Positions 31,961 to 32,000 of a DNA stretch of 32,000 bases are shown one piece after another. How positions within the stretch are numbered: the first letter of the stretch is position 1; each line of letters begins with the position of its first letter. The translations under genes were made by a program, and so were the position numbers. Origin of the DNA: Longivirga aurantiaca (lineage in GTDB: Bacteria; Actinomycetota; Actinomycetes; S36-B12; CAIYMF01); contig NZ_JBHSTI010000008.1 of NCBI RefSeq assembly GCF_042660085.1, forward strand, positions 300,001 to 332,000. The letters run 5' to 3'. Below the pieces are notes generated by a model that saw only the letters and a list, made by a program, of their open reading frames with translations, did not search any database and was not told the origin of the DNA.

Positions 31961-32000
31961 GTGACCCAGGTCAGCATCACGGCTGAGCCTCGTTCGGACT
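31961..32000 (+). CDS. 5' end of a CDS, tentatively 50S ribosomal protein L25/Ctc
   Basis: GTG 31961 has GGAGA 5 nt upstream, and an in-frame ATG lies at 31949. The frame is open to the window end and reads VTQVSITAEPRSD. The pattern -AE-R-- preceding FGKG is typical of actinobacterial L25 N-termini. Only 13 codons are visible. Confidence 0.25.
   Translation, partial: MTQVSITAEPRSD

Noticed and set aside
1-32000. Mobile elements, CRISPR arrays, tRNA/rRNA genes, defence or toxin-antitoxin systems
   Set aside because: I scanned both strands and found no transposase, integrase or recombinase-like ORF. There were also no terminal inverted repeats flanking a unit, no regularly spaced direct repeats, and no tRNA-like T-arm (GGTTCGAATCC-type) sequence. 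The window appears to be ordinary chromosomal accessory metabolism and signalling.

Overview
High-GC Actinomycetota chromosomal segment (GC not computed, roughly 70% by eye). Lineage markers are a mycothiol-type formaldehyde dehydrogenase, a perfect CebR box, ROK regulators and a leaderless-type start. The window is densely coding, with about 36 supportable CDS, and many junctions are translationally coupled (ATGA/GTGA/TGATG overlaps). I saw no rRNA, tRNA, CRISPR array, transposase, integrase or phage genes. LEFT 20 kb (1-20305) is a sugar/amine catabolic island made of three operons and two paralogous ROK regulators. (i) Minus operon: class-III aminotransferase, SelA/DgaE-like PLP enzyme, archaeal-type cupin glucose-6-P isomerase, D-2-hydroxyacid dehydrogenase, HAD hydrolase. 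(ii) Divergent plus operon: double-SIS (GlmS-C/FrlB/AgaS-like) protein, CUT2 ABC ATPase and permease with no binding protein, SDR, an OYE/4Fe-4S/FAD flavoprotein of the FadH/trimethylamine-dehydrogenase family, and a dedicated ETF beta/alpha pair. (iii) Minus operon: two xylose-isomerase-like TIM barrels plus two Gfo/Idh/MocA oxidoreductases. This gene combination is the best candidate for an undescribed pathway; my hypothesis is catabolism of a glycated amine, amino-sugar or aminocyclitol conjugate. RIGHT 12 kb holds, in order: an orphan coding-like gap; a PAS-GGDEF-GGEEF tandem diguanylate cyclase; a GH1 beta-glucosidase behind a perfect CebR operator, with its LacI/CebR-like regulator; a DinB-like protein; a LiaFSR-like envelope-stress module in which both the LiaF-like protein and the kinase carry PspC domains; a mycothiol-dependent formaldehyde dehydrogenase plus MBL hydrolase behind a repeat-rich leader; a small membrane protein; and a structured roughly 215-nt leader in front of a probable rplY start. 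All calls rest on by-eye motif recognition and translation. No database search was run.
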